A stretch of DNA of 64,000 bases from positions 620,001 to 684,000 of the forward strand of contig NC_043025.1 in assembly GCF_006345805.1 (NCBI RefSeq). Reading direction: 5' to 3'. Shown here one piece after another: positions 15,097 through 27,033 of the stretch. Each line of letters starts with the position of its first letter. Within the stretch, counting starts at the first letter, position 1. The stretch is from Octopus sinensis. Taxonomy: Eukaryota. Under the pieces are notes generated by a model, which had not been told where the DNA came from, did not search any database, and was given only the letters and a program-made list of their open reading frames with translations. The translations under genes and the position numbers were made by a program.

Positions 15097-15479
15097 TATA
15101 TAAATACTTATATATGTATTCATACGCATTTAGATATATACACACACATAAGCACACACATATATCAATGTGTATACTTTTTCTTTAATTCTTTTACTTG
15201 TTGAAGTCATTTGCCTGCGTCCATGCTGGAGCACAATATCATAAGCCTATAAGCCCAATACATTGACATCAGGGATTATTCTTTGTAAGCCAAGTACTTA
15301 TTTTATTGGCCTCTTTTGCCGAACCGCAATGTTAAGGAGGAGGGGGCGTGAAAACCTGCTGTCAAGATATGAAAGGGTAACAAACATAGTCGCGAAGACA
15401 GAAACCCACATACACAAACAAAATCACACACACACACATATACTCAATATATATATTATATATATATATATATATATAT

Positions 15480-15518
<39 letters not shown>

Positions 15519-17327
15519 CGAACTTCTTTCGATATACGTCTACCAAATCCACTCGTAAGGCTTTGGTCGGCCCGAGGCTATAGTAGAAGACACTTTCCCA
15601 AATTGCCATGCAGTGAAACTGAACCTGGATCTATCTACTTGCGAACCATGTTTCTTACCACACAGCAACGCCTATGCATATGTGTTTATGTATAAGTCTT
15701 TATACAGGATGAACAAGACAAACAAATATTTAAATAATAATTCTGACGTGCATGTAACAATGTTATGGTTGCTAGGAACCAAATGCTCACCGACAAATGA
15801 TAGTCAGGAACATGGTTATTCTATGAAGTTCCGTAGTAATAGAAATATAGAGAGAGAGGGAGAAATAAATCATATATACATGTGTGTTTAGATACAAATG
15901 TTAAATCTTAAAAGAAAAGTAACAAAAATTGGTTTACCTCTATAACGCCGACTCCAAATATTACTTCAGTTTGAAATTTTCTACAGAAATTAAAAGTTTT
16001 ATCCACTTATCTGAATATTCTATTGCCTCATATAAATTTTTAGTCTCACGTTCCGGCTGCTATCCGATAAGCATACTGAATGAAATACCCTGTTGTAATA
16101 ATTCTCAATATTTTTTAAACGAGAGTGGCAGTATTTTCCCCTTGATGTACGTGATTGGCTGAAATTCTTTAATATCCGGAAAATAAATCCATTTTCCAGC
16201 TAGTCACCATTCCTACACGTCAAGTGTTGAAATGGTCGCTGTGTAACATGAGATGAAGTATCTAGTGCGCAATACACATCTCGGTCCTGTATTTGAAATC
16301 ACGACCTTGTACCCCAATCACGACTTCATGTGTACTCGACTTCTTTTATATTACAAAATTTATTTTTCATATGTCCTGGCAACACCCAGAGAATATTCTT
16401 ATCTACTTGAAGGTTTTTGTAAAACAAACGCTATTGTTTTTATCGATTATTGGAATGGCGATATCTGCTCTCAATAAAAACGACCTCATCTCTCTAATTA
16501 CTAAAATGCAAAGCCGACGAATTTTCCTTGTTTCACAGAATATATTTCAGTTGGTTGTAAAGTATTCTTGCTGTTCTCTGATGACAAGACGAAGATCAGA
16601 GGCGTTTCGGTCATGATCATCCCTTTGATTTATTTACATCGTAATGTGTGTTCTATTCTTTCCGTGGTTAAGACGGTAGGGTGTGAGACAATGGAATATC
16701 ATTGTCTCAAATGCTTACGATAGGGCTGATAGCGCAAATGTTCAAGTAATGGGCATTCATTAGTCCTGAAACCTACAGCTACAATCATTATTGTAATATA
16801 TCACGTGATGTAATTGTTAATTTTCATAGATCTCTCCGACATATAAGTCTGACCTTACTATCAAGATGAACAATCAATTTATTAAATGGCATCTAGGCCT
16901 GAATTATTCTGCTACTAGCAGAAAAATGAAAGGGATATTCTACGTGGTTTACTCTCCATGTGTCTTTAGGCTAAAACTTTATACTTTTGATATCTTCATT
17001 ATTAATTACCAGAAAAAAGAAAAACATGAATGCAATTATCGCCAGCGGCAGGCAATTCTGCATCAGAAGTAAATACTTTGAAAATAATGTGGTAAAAATT
17101 TGAAAAGTTTCAAGTGGTTGTAAGGAACTTAACAAGATACCGATCGGCCAAATTACTGGGATGTAAAAAATCGGAACCTGTTCCCAAGCGGTCATAGTGG
17201 ATAAACTGAAACACATACACATATACATACACACGCTCACATATACATAGATATATACATATATGTAAAAAAAAAATATATATATATATACATAAGTGTG
17301 TGTGTGTGTGTATATATATAACAAAGT

Positions 17328-17652
17328 GAGGGCGCGTGGCTTAGTGGTTAGGGCATTCGGCTCATGATCGTAAGGTTGTGAGTTCGATTCCCGGCGACGC
17401 GTTGTGTCCTTGAGCAAGACACTTTATTTCACGTTGCTCCAGTTCACTCAGCTGGCAAAAATGAGTTGTACTTGTATTTCAAAGGGTCAGCCTTGTCACT
17501 CTCTGTGTCACGCTGATTATCCTCGAGAACTACGTTAAGGGTACACGTGTCTGTGGAATGCTCAGCCATTTGCACGTTAATTTCACGAGCAAGCTGTTCC
17601 GTTGATCGTATCAGCTGGGACCCTCGTCGTCGTAACCGGCGGAGTCTTTTTA
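17328..17652 (+). mobile_element. tRNA-derived SINE family C, full length, with 14-bp TSD
   Basis: A box TGGCTTAGTGG, B box GAGTTCGATTCCC, CORE-like GTGTCCTTGAGCAAGACACTT; TSD ATATATAACAAAGT at 17314..17327 and 17653..17666; empty site at 43462..43475. Confidence 0.93.
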
Positions 17653-17666
17653 ATATATAACAAAGT

Positions 17667-18145
17667 AAGTTTGGGGCTACTAATAAATATATATAATTGA
17701 AATATAGGATAAAATTTTTACGAGGATTTATTAAGTAGTTATTGTGAAAAACCTCAGAAGGGATAACTTATTAATTATTCCCTATGAATATATTTATATA
17801 TATTAAGGGCATTACTATACATAAATGCCTCACGCTAGGAGGGTCTCTTGATGTCAAAACTACTATAATGCCCACATTGTACAAACCGCGAGGGAATGCA
17901 ACTCTCAAAGCGAGCCTCCAGAAACAGACTTAGCTGAATATGATTTCGTAATTAGTGCAGAAAATGCACTTTTCACTCATCGGCGCAACCTTAGTCAAGA
18001 CATATAAAAATTATCAAAAATCAATTTACCAGACGAACACATGTATTCTTGCGTTTGATACAATGTGGTTATTATAGTAGTGTTGACTTCAAGAGTCCCC
18101 CTTAGCGCGAGGCATTTCTATATAGTAATGCCCTTAATATAAATA
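17667..18145 (-). mobile_element. Probable Penelope-like terminal remnant with an inverted repeat and decayed hammerhead (paralog 43476..43890)
   Basis: 17801..17900 is inverted at 18040..18140; hammerhead-like core between the arms. Confidence 0.5.
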
Positions 18146-18146
18146 T

Positions 18147-18192
<46 letters not shown>

Positions 18193-20103
18193 GTGCGTAT
18201 GTATATGTGTTTATATATATACATACATATTCATATATATTATTTTCTACTTTAAATAAAGGTGTTCACTATATATAGAAACACTTCGAAGTGCTGAAGA
18301 GATTAGAACTTGAGACTTTTGATATGTAAAGAAACGACAAGCAAATTAGATATTTATTTACATTTACATATATGAAGATACATTGAATCGAAAACAAAAA
18401 GGTAAATGTGTATGGATATTAAGAAGACATAGTCTAAATTTCAGATAAAACAGTATCACAAAGAGAATAGGTAGAGTTTTAAGTGTTCTACGGCCGTTTC
18501 AGGGATCTTTGTGGTCCTGATATATGACATATATCAGGGTCCATTGTTGGATAACATCACCTCTCCAGGGGAAGAATTTTATATTAAAAATTTCGCATTT
18601 AAAATGTTGACATGACAGAGGGTAAAGACTGATTGATTTTATAGAGGGCTACATTTATTAGGAAGGGGAGTTAGGGATGTTTAGACAGAGAATAGTTGCA
18701 GGATGGAGAAAATAGATTTCAAGATCATAAGACCACTGATGGTATTAAAGGTGAGAGTGGTAGAAAGTGGATTAGTTTATGTCCAAGTTAAATTAGTGAA
18801 AAAAGGATGGACTTAAGCGGTTCGATATCAGATAAGGGTATGAGAGGGAGGTTATAACTTCTATTCTAGGCTTTCCATCCGACTCATTTGCCCCAGAAAA
18901 TCCGACTTGGGTCGAATTAGTTAATGCATTGTTGACCGTATTATACACCGTGTCAGGAATAACGTTGAGCTCCCGCTATGGAATTGCACTTGAGATGTTA
19001 TTTTTGGTTTCCCTCTTTCCACCATAGACGCACGAATTTCCTTCAGTTTGACATGTCAAATTATTGCAATATTTACAATGGACAAGGCGCCGAGTAGTCA
19101 GAAACGTTTGCACGCAGGGCAAAATGCTTAGCGTTCTGTTTTTACGTTATGAGTTCAAAATTTCGCCGATTTCGACTTTACCTTTCATCCTTTCGGGTTT
19201 GAAACAGTAAGTACCCGTTGCATAGTGGGGTCGATCTAATCAATTGGGCTCTACCCCAAAATTTCGGGCTTTATGACTAGAGTAGATAAGAATAATTACA
19301 ATCGACAGACAGGTGTCCTCATCTTGTTAGTTGTTACTACAACGTTTCGGCTGAGGAATTCTCCAGGCTTCTTCAGATGTCCTATTAACAATAAAGTGTA
19401 GACATCTACCCGTCCAATTCAAATATCATACATAATTCCTCAACTCTAAATTATAAAACAGTATCAAATGATTACCCGTCAATATCACAAATACTTTTGG
19501 ATAAAACCTTAATATTTGCCCGAAATTATGCTACCATCCTAAATGCCGTTGAGGAGGCTTGACGATGGCCAATAGAAGGCCGATATAATATAATGAAAAT
19601 CGTAACTTACCAAAGAATTGGTTTCACCTCTGTTCGTAAGAGTTAGTGAATGTTTATATATATATTTGCGCATATATATATATATATATATGTTACGTCA
19701 TTTGTTTATTTACCATACATTTTTTCATTGAAGTAGCGGAACACAACGCACACAATTATGCATATATATATATATATGTCTGTGTGTGTGTGTGTTTGTG
19801 TGTGTAGATATAGATTGGCGTCTTTGTTTCTCATTATATGAAAGCGATATGAAAAGTTTGCGTCAGCAGTCAAAGATGGGCGGTGCTAGTGGAAGAGTGT
19901 AAATAAGAGAGGGGAAAGAAAGTGATAGAAAGAGAGAGGGAGGGCGGGAGAAAGAAGATGTAGTGGGTTTTGTGTGTGTTTGTGTGTGTGTGTATGCGTA
20001 AATGTATGAGACTGTTTGCATCCGCGAAACTGAAATTAACTTGAAATAATCTAAGTACAATTTTACAAATTGTGATATCTCTGTATGTGTGTGTATATGT
20101 ATG

Positions 20104-20142
<39 letters not shown>

Positions 20143-20212
20143 ACGCACACACAGTTATCAGAATAATATATACGAATATATTCATGTATATGTATATATC
20201 TAAATATACATA

Positions 20213-20252
<40 letters not shown>

Positions 20253-20446
20253 TATTATATTATATATATATATATATATCAGTGGCGTGCGGTGACTTCC
20301 GGGACTGGACATGCAATGAATTTCTGTGCCCCCCCCCCGGACAATTTTTCAGGAAAAAAACTTTGGAATTCCTACGATTTACATATGGGAGATTCTGAAT
20401 ATTCAATCAACCCCGTATGACCTAGAATAAAAAAAAACGTCGCCTT

Positions 20447-20698
20447 GGTACTATTTAAGAAAAGTGGTCCCGTTGCGCGCGCTCGCGCATCCGCGCTGGC
20501 TAGTCGTGACTAGTCGATCCTACGACTATCTAGCAAACTAAATAAAATTTTTAAACAAAATATATAAAACACAAAAACACAAAGTAAATAATGTTTTAAA
20601 CAAAGTAAATAAAACACAAAGTAAGGATCGACTAGTCACGACTAGCTGGCGTGGATGCTCGGGTGCGCGCACCGAGACCACTCTTCTTAAATAGTACC
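20447..20698. mobile_element. MITE-like fold-back element with ~77-bp TIRs
   Basis: GGTACTATTTAAGAAAAGTGGTC..GACTAGTCGATCCTAC is mirrored at 20620..20698 around an A-rich spacer. Confidence 0.75.
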
Positions 20699-20912
20699 CA
20701 TGATTTTTAAATTGTTTGCAATACTCATCAAATTTGTTGAAATTCGAAAGTTCCATGAATTTAAACTCTTCTAAGGATGAATATCGTGCTTTTATTTGGT
20801 CAACTATTGTACTGATAATTTTGTTATAAAGCATTTTATAATGTCGTTGGGGCTCAAAAGATATATTCTTGGATCTCTGAATTCCGATTCCTGCATCGAC
20901 TCCATACACCCC

Positions 20913-21234
20913 CCCGGGTTCAGTTCCACTGCGTGGCACCTTGGGCAAGGGTCTTCTACTATAGTGTCGGGCCGACCAAAGCCTTGTGAGTGGATTTGGT
21001 AGACGGAAACTGAAAGAAGCCCGTGGTATATATGTATATATATGCGTGTGTGTGTTTGTGCGTCTGTGTTTGTCCCCCTAGCATTGCTTGGCAACCGATG
21101 CTGGGTGTGTTATGTCCCCGTTACTTAGCGGTTCGGCAAAATAGACCGATAGAATAAGTCCCGGGGTCGAGTTGCTCGATTAAAGGCGGTGCTCGAGCAT
21201 GGCCGCATTCAAATGACTGAAACAAGTAAAAGAG
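20913..21234 (+). mobile_element. SINE family A, 5'-truncated, interrupting the hAT transposase
   Basis: CCGGGTTCAGTTCCACTGCGTGGCACC..AAATGACTGAAACAAGTAAAAGAG. Confidence 0.85.
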
Positions 21235-22542
21235 ATTGAAAAATTATCAAGTTTGTTTTCGAGTACAGTTCTAGTTTTATCTATTTGATCTTTACAATAC
21301 ACTATGTCATGACTTTTACTCTGGAGGATGTTAAATATGAAAAAAGAAAAAATCTTACTGAATACTTCTAACAAAAATAAGAAATCAGGAGCTTTTAAAG
21401 TTTGGAAGGATCCAATTGCTGAATTTATGGTGGTATCATCCCATGCTTCAGGAGTTTCAATGATGTGCTCAAAAAGGCTGATTATGAAATGATAATTTTC
21501 CTTGTGGTAATAATAAGCCGTGAGGCTGTTGCCTTCGGAAATCTTTTTTTTTAACAATGTTATCTAATGCATTAGCCCTTTTCGGTCTTGGTCTCCCACC
21601 GATATAATTAATTATTTTCCATCGAATTCTCCTTTCGAAAAACTATTTCTCAAAATATCGTTTATAACACACATTTCACTCATTTCGTAAAAGGCTGTTC
21701 TTATATACGAACACACGTGGAAGCGCCGGCGTAAATTGTAAGTCAATTTCAACAAAACAAAAAGATACAGAAAGTGGGTATCATGCGGTCAGCTCATAGC
21801 ATGACATGCCACTGAGAGAAAGAGGAAGGGGGTACAAGATATTATGAACGACCTTTCCTCCTAGCATCTGCTTTATCAATTTACTAAGAGAGAGAGAGAG
21901 GAAGGAGGGACAAACTAAGAAACAGAGAGGGAGGTCATGCGGATCTTCTCACAGCATAGCCACTAAGAGAAAGAGGAAGGGAGTAAAAATATTTCAAATG
22001 CCCTATCCCCTTAGCATGTCTTTTAAACAAGTCGCTAAGAGTGAGAGAGAGATGAAGGAAGGACAAACTGAGACAGAGAGGGAGTGTCTAACATGCTGGT
22101 CTTGTCAATGCATGACTTCTAAAAGCAGAAGTAGAATCACTGAGAGAGAAGGGGAGAAAAATACAACTGGACGGATTTTCTTTGAAACAAAGTAACTATT
22201 TTATCTAATTTTCCGATCATATGGATAAAAAAATCACAGGGCATGCAACGCATACCTTGCATACCTGATAGTGCACGCCCCTGATATATATATATATATA
22301 TATATTATACATTCATGCACATTTATGTGTGGGTGTGTGCCGCATCCCTGAAATCTGAAATAATCTAAGTACTATTTTACAAATTGTGATATCGGTGTGT
22401 GTGTATATGTATGTATATATATATATAAACACGCACACACAATTATCAGAATTATATATACGTATATATTCATGTATATGAATATATCTATATACATATA
22501 TATGTATATGTATATATACATATCATACATTTATGCACATAT

Positions 22543-22584
<42 letters not shown>

Positions 22585-22734
22585 CGTATCACTGAAATCT
22601 GAAATATTAGAAGAAATTTACCAAAAACTTTCAACCATTATAAAAATGATTGCCTTGCTGATGCCTTCCATGAAATGGCACAAAAGACGCAAATCTACAT
22701 AGAAACACACATGCACGCACTTATATAAACATAT

Positions 22735-22932
22735 GCAAACAGTCTCATACATTTACGCATACACACACACACACACACAAAACCCTCTTCCTCTTCTTTC
22801 TCTCCCCTCTCTCTTTCTATCACTTTCTTTCCCCTCTCTCATTTACACTCTTCCACTTGCACCGCCCATCTTTGACTGCTGACGCAAACTTTTCATATCG
22901 CTTTCATATAATGAGAAACAAAGACGCCAATC

Positions 22933-22964
<32 letters not shown>

Positions 22965-23320
22965 ACACATATATATATATATATATGCATAATTGTGTGC
23001 GTTGTGTTCCGCTACTTCAATGAAAAATGTATGGCAAATAAACAAATGACGTAACAAGCTGTAATGTGAAACAAAAGTCAACCTGACATTCGACAAGTGA
23101 ACACATTCCAAATAACTTATATATGTGTGTGTGTATGTGTGTATGTGTGTCTATGAATGCATATATGTATGTATATATATACAAGCTCTTACATACATAA
23201 ATGCAAACACACACACATACACGCACATATATAAAAATATAAACTCCTACATTAATATATCTTTTGCGTCATTTGTTTATTTACCATTCATGAAGTATAG
23301 GAACACACCGCACACAATTA

Positions 23321-23356
<36 letters not shown>

Positions 23357-23600
23357 TGTTTGTGTGTGCGTGTGTGTGTGTAGATATAGATTGACGTCTT
23401 TATTTCTCATTATATGAATGCGATATGAAAAGTTTGCGTCAGCAGTCAAAGATGAGCGTTGATAGTGGAAGAGTGTAAATGAGAGAGGGGAAAGAAAGTA
23501 ATAGAGAGAGAGAGAGAGAGGGCGGGAGAAAGAAAAGCAAGAGGGTTTTGTGTGTGTATGTGTGTGTGTGTATATGCGTAACTGTATGAGACTTTTTGCA
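22735..23600. repeat. Inverted repeat with ~310-340-bp arms (22735..23050 / 23265..23600)
   Basis: ATCTTTGACTGCTGACGCAAACTTTTCATATCGC versus GCGATATGAAAAGTTTGCGTCAGCAGTCAAAGAT; direct copies at 19690, 31505 and 48365. Confidence 0.85.
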
Positions 23601-23694
23601 TCCGAGTAACTGAAATTAACTTGATATAATCTAGTACTATTTGACAAATTGTGATATCTCTGTGTGGTCTATATATGTATGGATATATATATAT

Positions 23695-23765
<71 letters not shown>

Positions 23766-23774
23766 TATATATAG

Positions 23775-23844
<70 letters not shown>

Positions 23845-23942
23845 ATATATATATATATATTTATATATATATATAATAAACACGCACACACAGTTATCAG
23901 AATTACATATCGTATATATTCATTTATATGTAATATCTAGAT

Positions 23943-23990
<48 letters not shown>

Positions 23991-25114
23991 TCATGCACAT
24001 TTGTGTGTGTGTGTGTGTATGTGTGTGTGTTTGTGTGTGTGTGTGTGCTGAATCACTAAAATCTGAAATATTATGAGAAGAAATTTACCAAAAACTTTCA
24101 ACCATGATAAAAAATGAATGCCTTGCTGATGCCTTCCATGAAATGGCACAAAAGACGCAAATCTACATAGAAACACTTTATTCCCTTCTTCCATACCAAC
24201 AACAAAATGAGAACCAAAGCAGAACTCCAGAAACGGATATCCACAACCTAAATTCAACCACACAAGACGTACTAAAAGAATTGAATGAACTCAGCTTGGA
24301 AAAAGGAGACATACAAAAAGAGAAATCAAATGAAAAACATCCGGGTTAAGATTTTAAATAAAAGAAACCAAGCCCTAAACAATGAAAACCTAGCCAACAC
24401 TTATGAACAGTGGAGGGGCAGAGAAGAAGTAATACTCTCAAGAAACTTTCGTATCAAAGAAATAACGTCAGAAGCAAAGGAAGAAACAAAAAATATTTGA
24501 GAAAAATCGTTTAAAAGCGACATTAACCGGAAATGATCAAAATATTGTTATACGATCAGACGACAGATTTTTCATGTTTTAGAATCGATCTCACTTTTGC
24601 TCGATAACTATTGATCATCGATCTCTTCCCAAATACAACGTCTAAAGTCAACATTAAAATGAAGTACATTTCTAAATTCTTTGTTAGACCCTCCAGTGTT
24701 CACATTGTAATCCACCATTCTCTTCGTGAGGAATCTGTGAAGCTTAAGCTTGATGTGCTAGAAATAGCAGCCAAATATTTCCTCTGAGCAGACGATAGAT
24801 TCATTTAACGATAGTGTCACTTCAGAAAATCACGTTATCAATAACGATAATGATTTAAATGGTATATATAATGATTGACATGGAAGCAAACGATACAAAT
24901 TCATTTAACAATAGTTCGTTTCAGAAAATTACGTTTGTGAAATAAAGTATATGATAGAGAAATGATAACAATTCTGAAGAGGAATTAAATGTTTTAGCAG
25001 CTTTAAAGTTATTGGAAACGAATTTTCGTTATCAAAGTAGCAATATTTTATACGAATGAAGGATGACAGGCGAGGATTTTGTGGTGTGAAGGTTCTTCAA
25101 GTGTATATGTCCTG

Positions 25115-25157
<43 letters not shown>

Positions 25158-25848
25158 GTGTGTGTTTGTGTGTGATGCAATGAGATACATAACCATGCCT
25201 AAGTGTTTCTTTAATATAAAACTGAAGTGAATATTAATGATAATATTAAATTATAATATTAAATGACATAATTTTTCTGTGAAGGAGGTTTAGTCTTCAA
25301 TGATTTCAGTCTCGTCCATCACTCTACTTCTTTAGCCACCGGGCAGAAGAAACTGCTTTTCATTCCCGGCCAAAAGAAGGTGGCGGGGCGATCTTTACAA
25401 TGAACTCGGCTCGTAAACTAGAAGGACGAGTGCATGCAGGACTATTTCATCGCCCTGCGCACATACAGACATATCCGTCCGACAACACTTTCGTATCTGT
25501 AGAGCCTGTCTTGAATGGGCAGAGCTCCCCGGTAGCACTGCCAGGCCAGGGATTTCTGGAAGTTAAGGACCAGTTAGTTGATTCCCTCCACCAACGCCCA
25601 GAATTTACCCGGATTTTCTCGAGGTCTACAGCAGACTAGACCCCAAGCAGTTTAACCTGTCTTTCCGTCTAGCGCCCTACAAACTGTCGGTTGGTATGGG
25701 TCTGCCTCTCCAACTGCCGGTTTGCAGGCCCACCGACTTCTCTTGGATAAGCTTTGCCCCTATCAACGCTTCGTGGACAGTATTATGATGACACAGTCCG
25801 TGTTAGCTGATACGAACATTCCACATCCTAAGACACACATATATACAC

Positions 25849-25923
<75 letters not shown>

Positions 25924-26454
25924 GCGGTTCGGAAAAATGGACCGATAGAATAAGTACTTGGCTTACAAATAAGTCCCGGGGTTGATTTGCTCGACTAAAG
26001 GCGGTGCTCCAGCATGGCCGCAGTCAAATGACTGAAACAAGTGTAAGAGTTAAAAGTGTTTATATATATATATATATATTTATATATATGTGTTATCTGT
26101 ATTTCTAATTATATTATTTCGGTTTGAAAATTTCAGGCAGCAGTTTATGATTATTGGCGGTGGAAGTGGAAGAGTTAAAATGAGAGAGTGGGGAGAGGGA
26201 GTGATAGAAGAGAGAGAGGGGAAAGAAGAGGAGGAGAGTTGATGTGTACGATTGTGAGTGTGTGTGTGTGTGTCTCTGTGTGTGATGTAATATATACATA
26301 ACCCTGCCTAAGCTTTTCTTTAATATAAAACTGAAGGGAATGTCACATTAACTATTGCATTAATTGACATAATTTTATTGTAAAGAAGTGAGTGAAAAGT
26401 TTAGCCGGAAAAAAATTCCAATAATAATAATTATAATAATAATAATAATAATTT

Positions 26455-26632
26455 TTTTTATTTATTTATTTATTTTTTTTTTATGTATTAGACATTCACT
26501 AGTACAACACCAAGAAAAAAAGAAAAATAAAACCCAGATATATGGCACAGAATTTCCAACCTGTTGTCTCTTGAGGTCTCTGGGTGAGACTTGGAGCCAA
26601 CTTGTACGGACATAAAGCAAAAGTCAAACAGA
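26455..26632 (+). mobile_element. R4/Dong lineage B 3' UTR-only copy (paralog 37560..37733)
   Basis: Reverse complement of 11203..11380, followed by (AAT)n. Confidence 0.85.
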
Positions 26633-26650
26633 ATAATAATAATAATAATA

Positions 26651-26722
<72 letters not shown>

Positions 26723-26759
26723 TTAATAATAATAATGATAATGATAATAATACTAATAA

Positions 26760-26790
<31 letters not shown>

Positions 26791-26838
26791 AATTATTATT
26801 ATTATTAGTATTATTATCATTATCATTATTATTATTAA

Positions 26839-26869
<31 letters not shown>

Positions 26870-26968
26870 ATTATAATTATTATAATAATAATAATTATTA
26901 TAATAATAGTGATAATTATTATATTATTATTATTATTATTATTAATATTAGTATTATTATCGTTATCA

Positions 26969-27013
<45 letters not shown>

Positions 27014-27033
27014 TTGTTATTATTATTATTATT

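Larger units (their letters stand above)
20280..22283 (-). mobile_element. Internally deleted hAT DNA transposon (ZMYM1/Tip100-like transposase remnants)
   Basis: TIRs CAGTGGCGTGC (20280) and GCACGCCCCTG (22283); ORF pieces FLFLLEVFSKIF..NILQSKSHDI and IISTIVDQIKARY; sits in (TA)n; empty paralogous site at about 23880..24000. Confidence 0.8.

Noticed and set aside
17328-17400. tRNA gene candidate
   Set aside because: A and B boxes are present, but it continues into a SINE body bounded by a TSD and no full acceptor stem is evident
20272-22291. 8-bp TSD ATATATAT for the hAT element
   Set aside because: Consistent with hAT but uninformative inside a (TA)n tract
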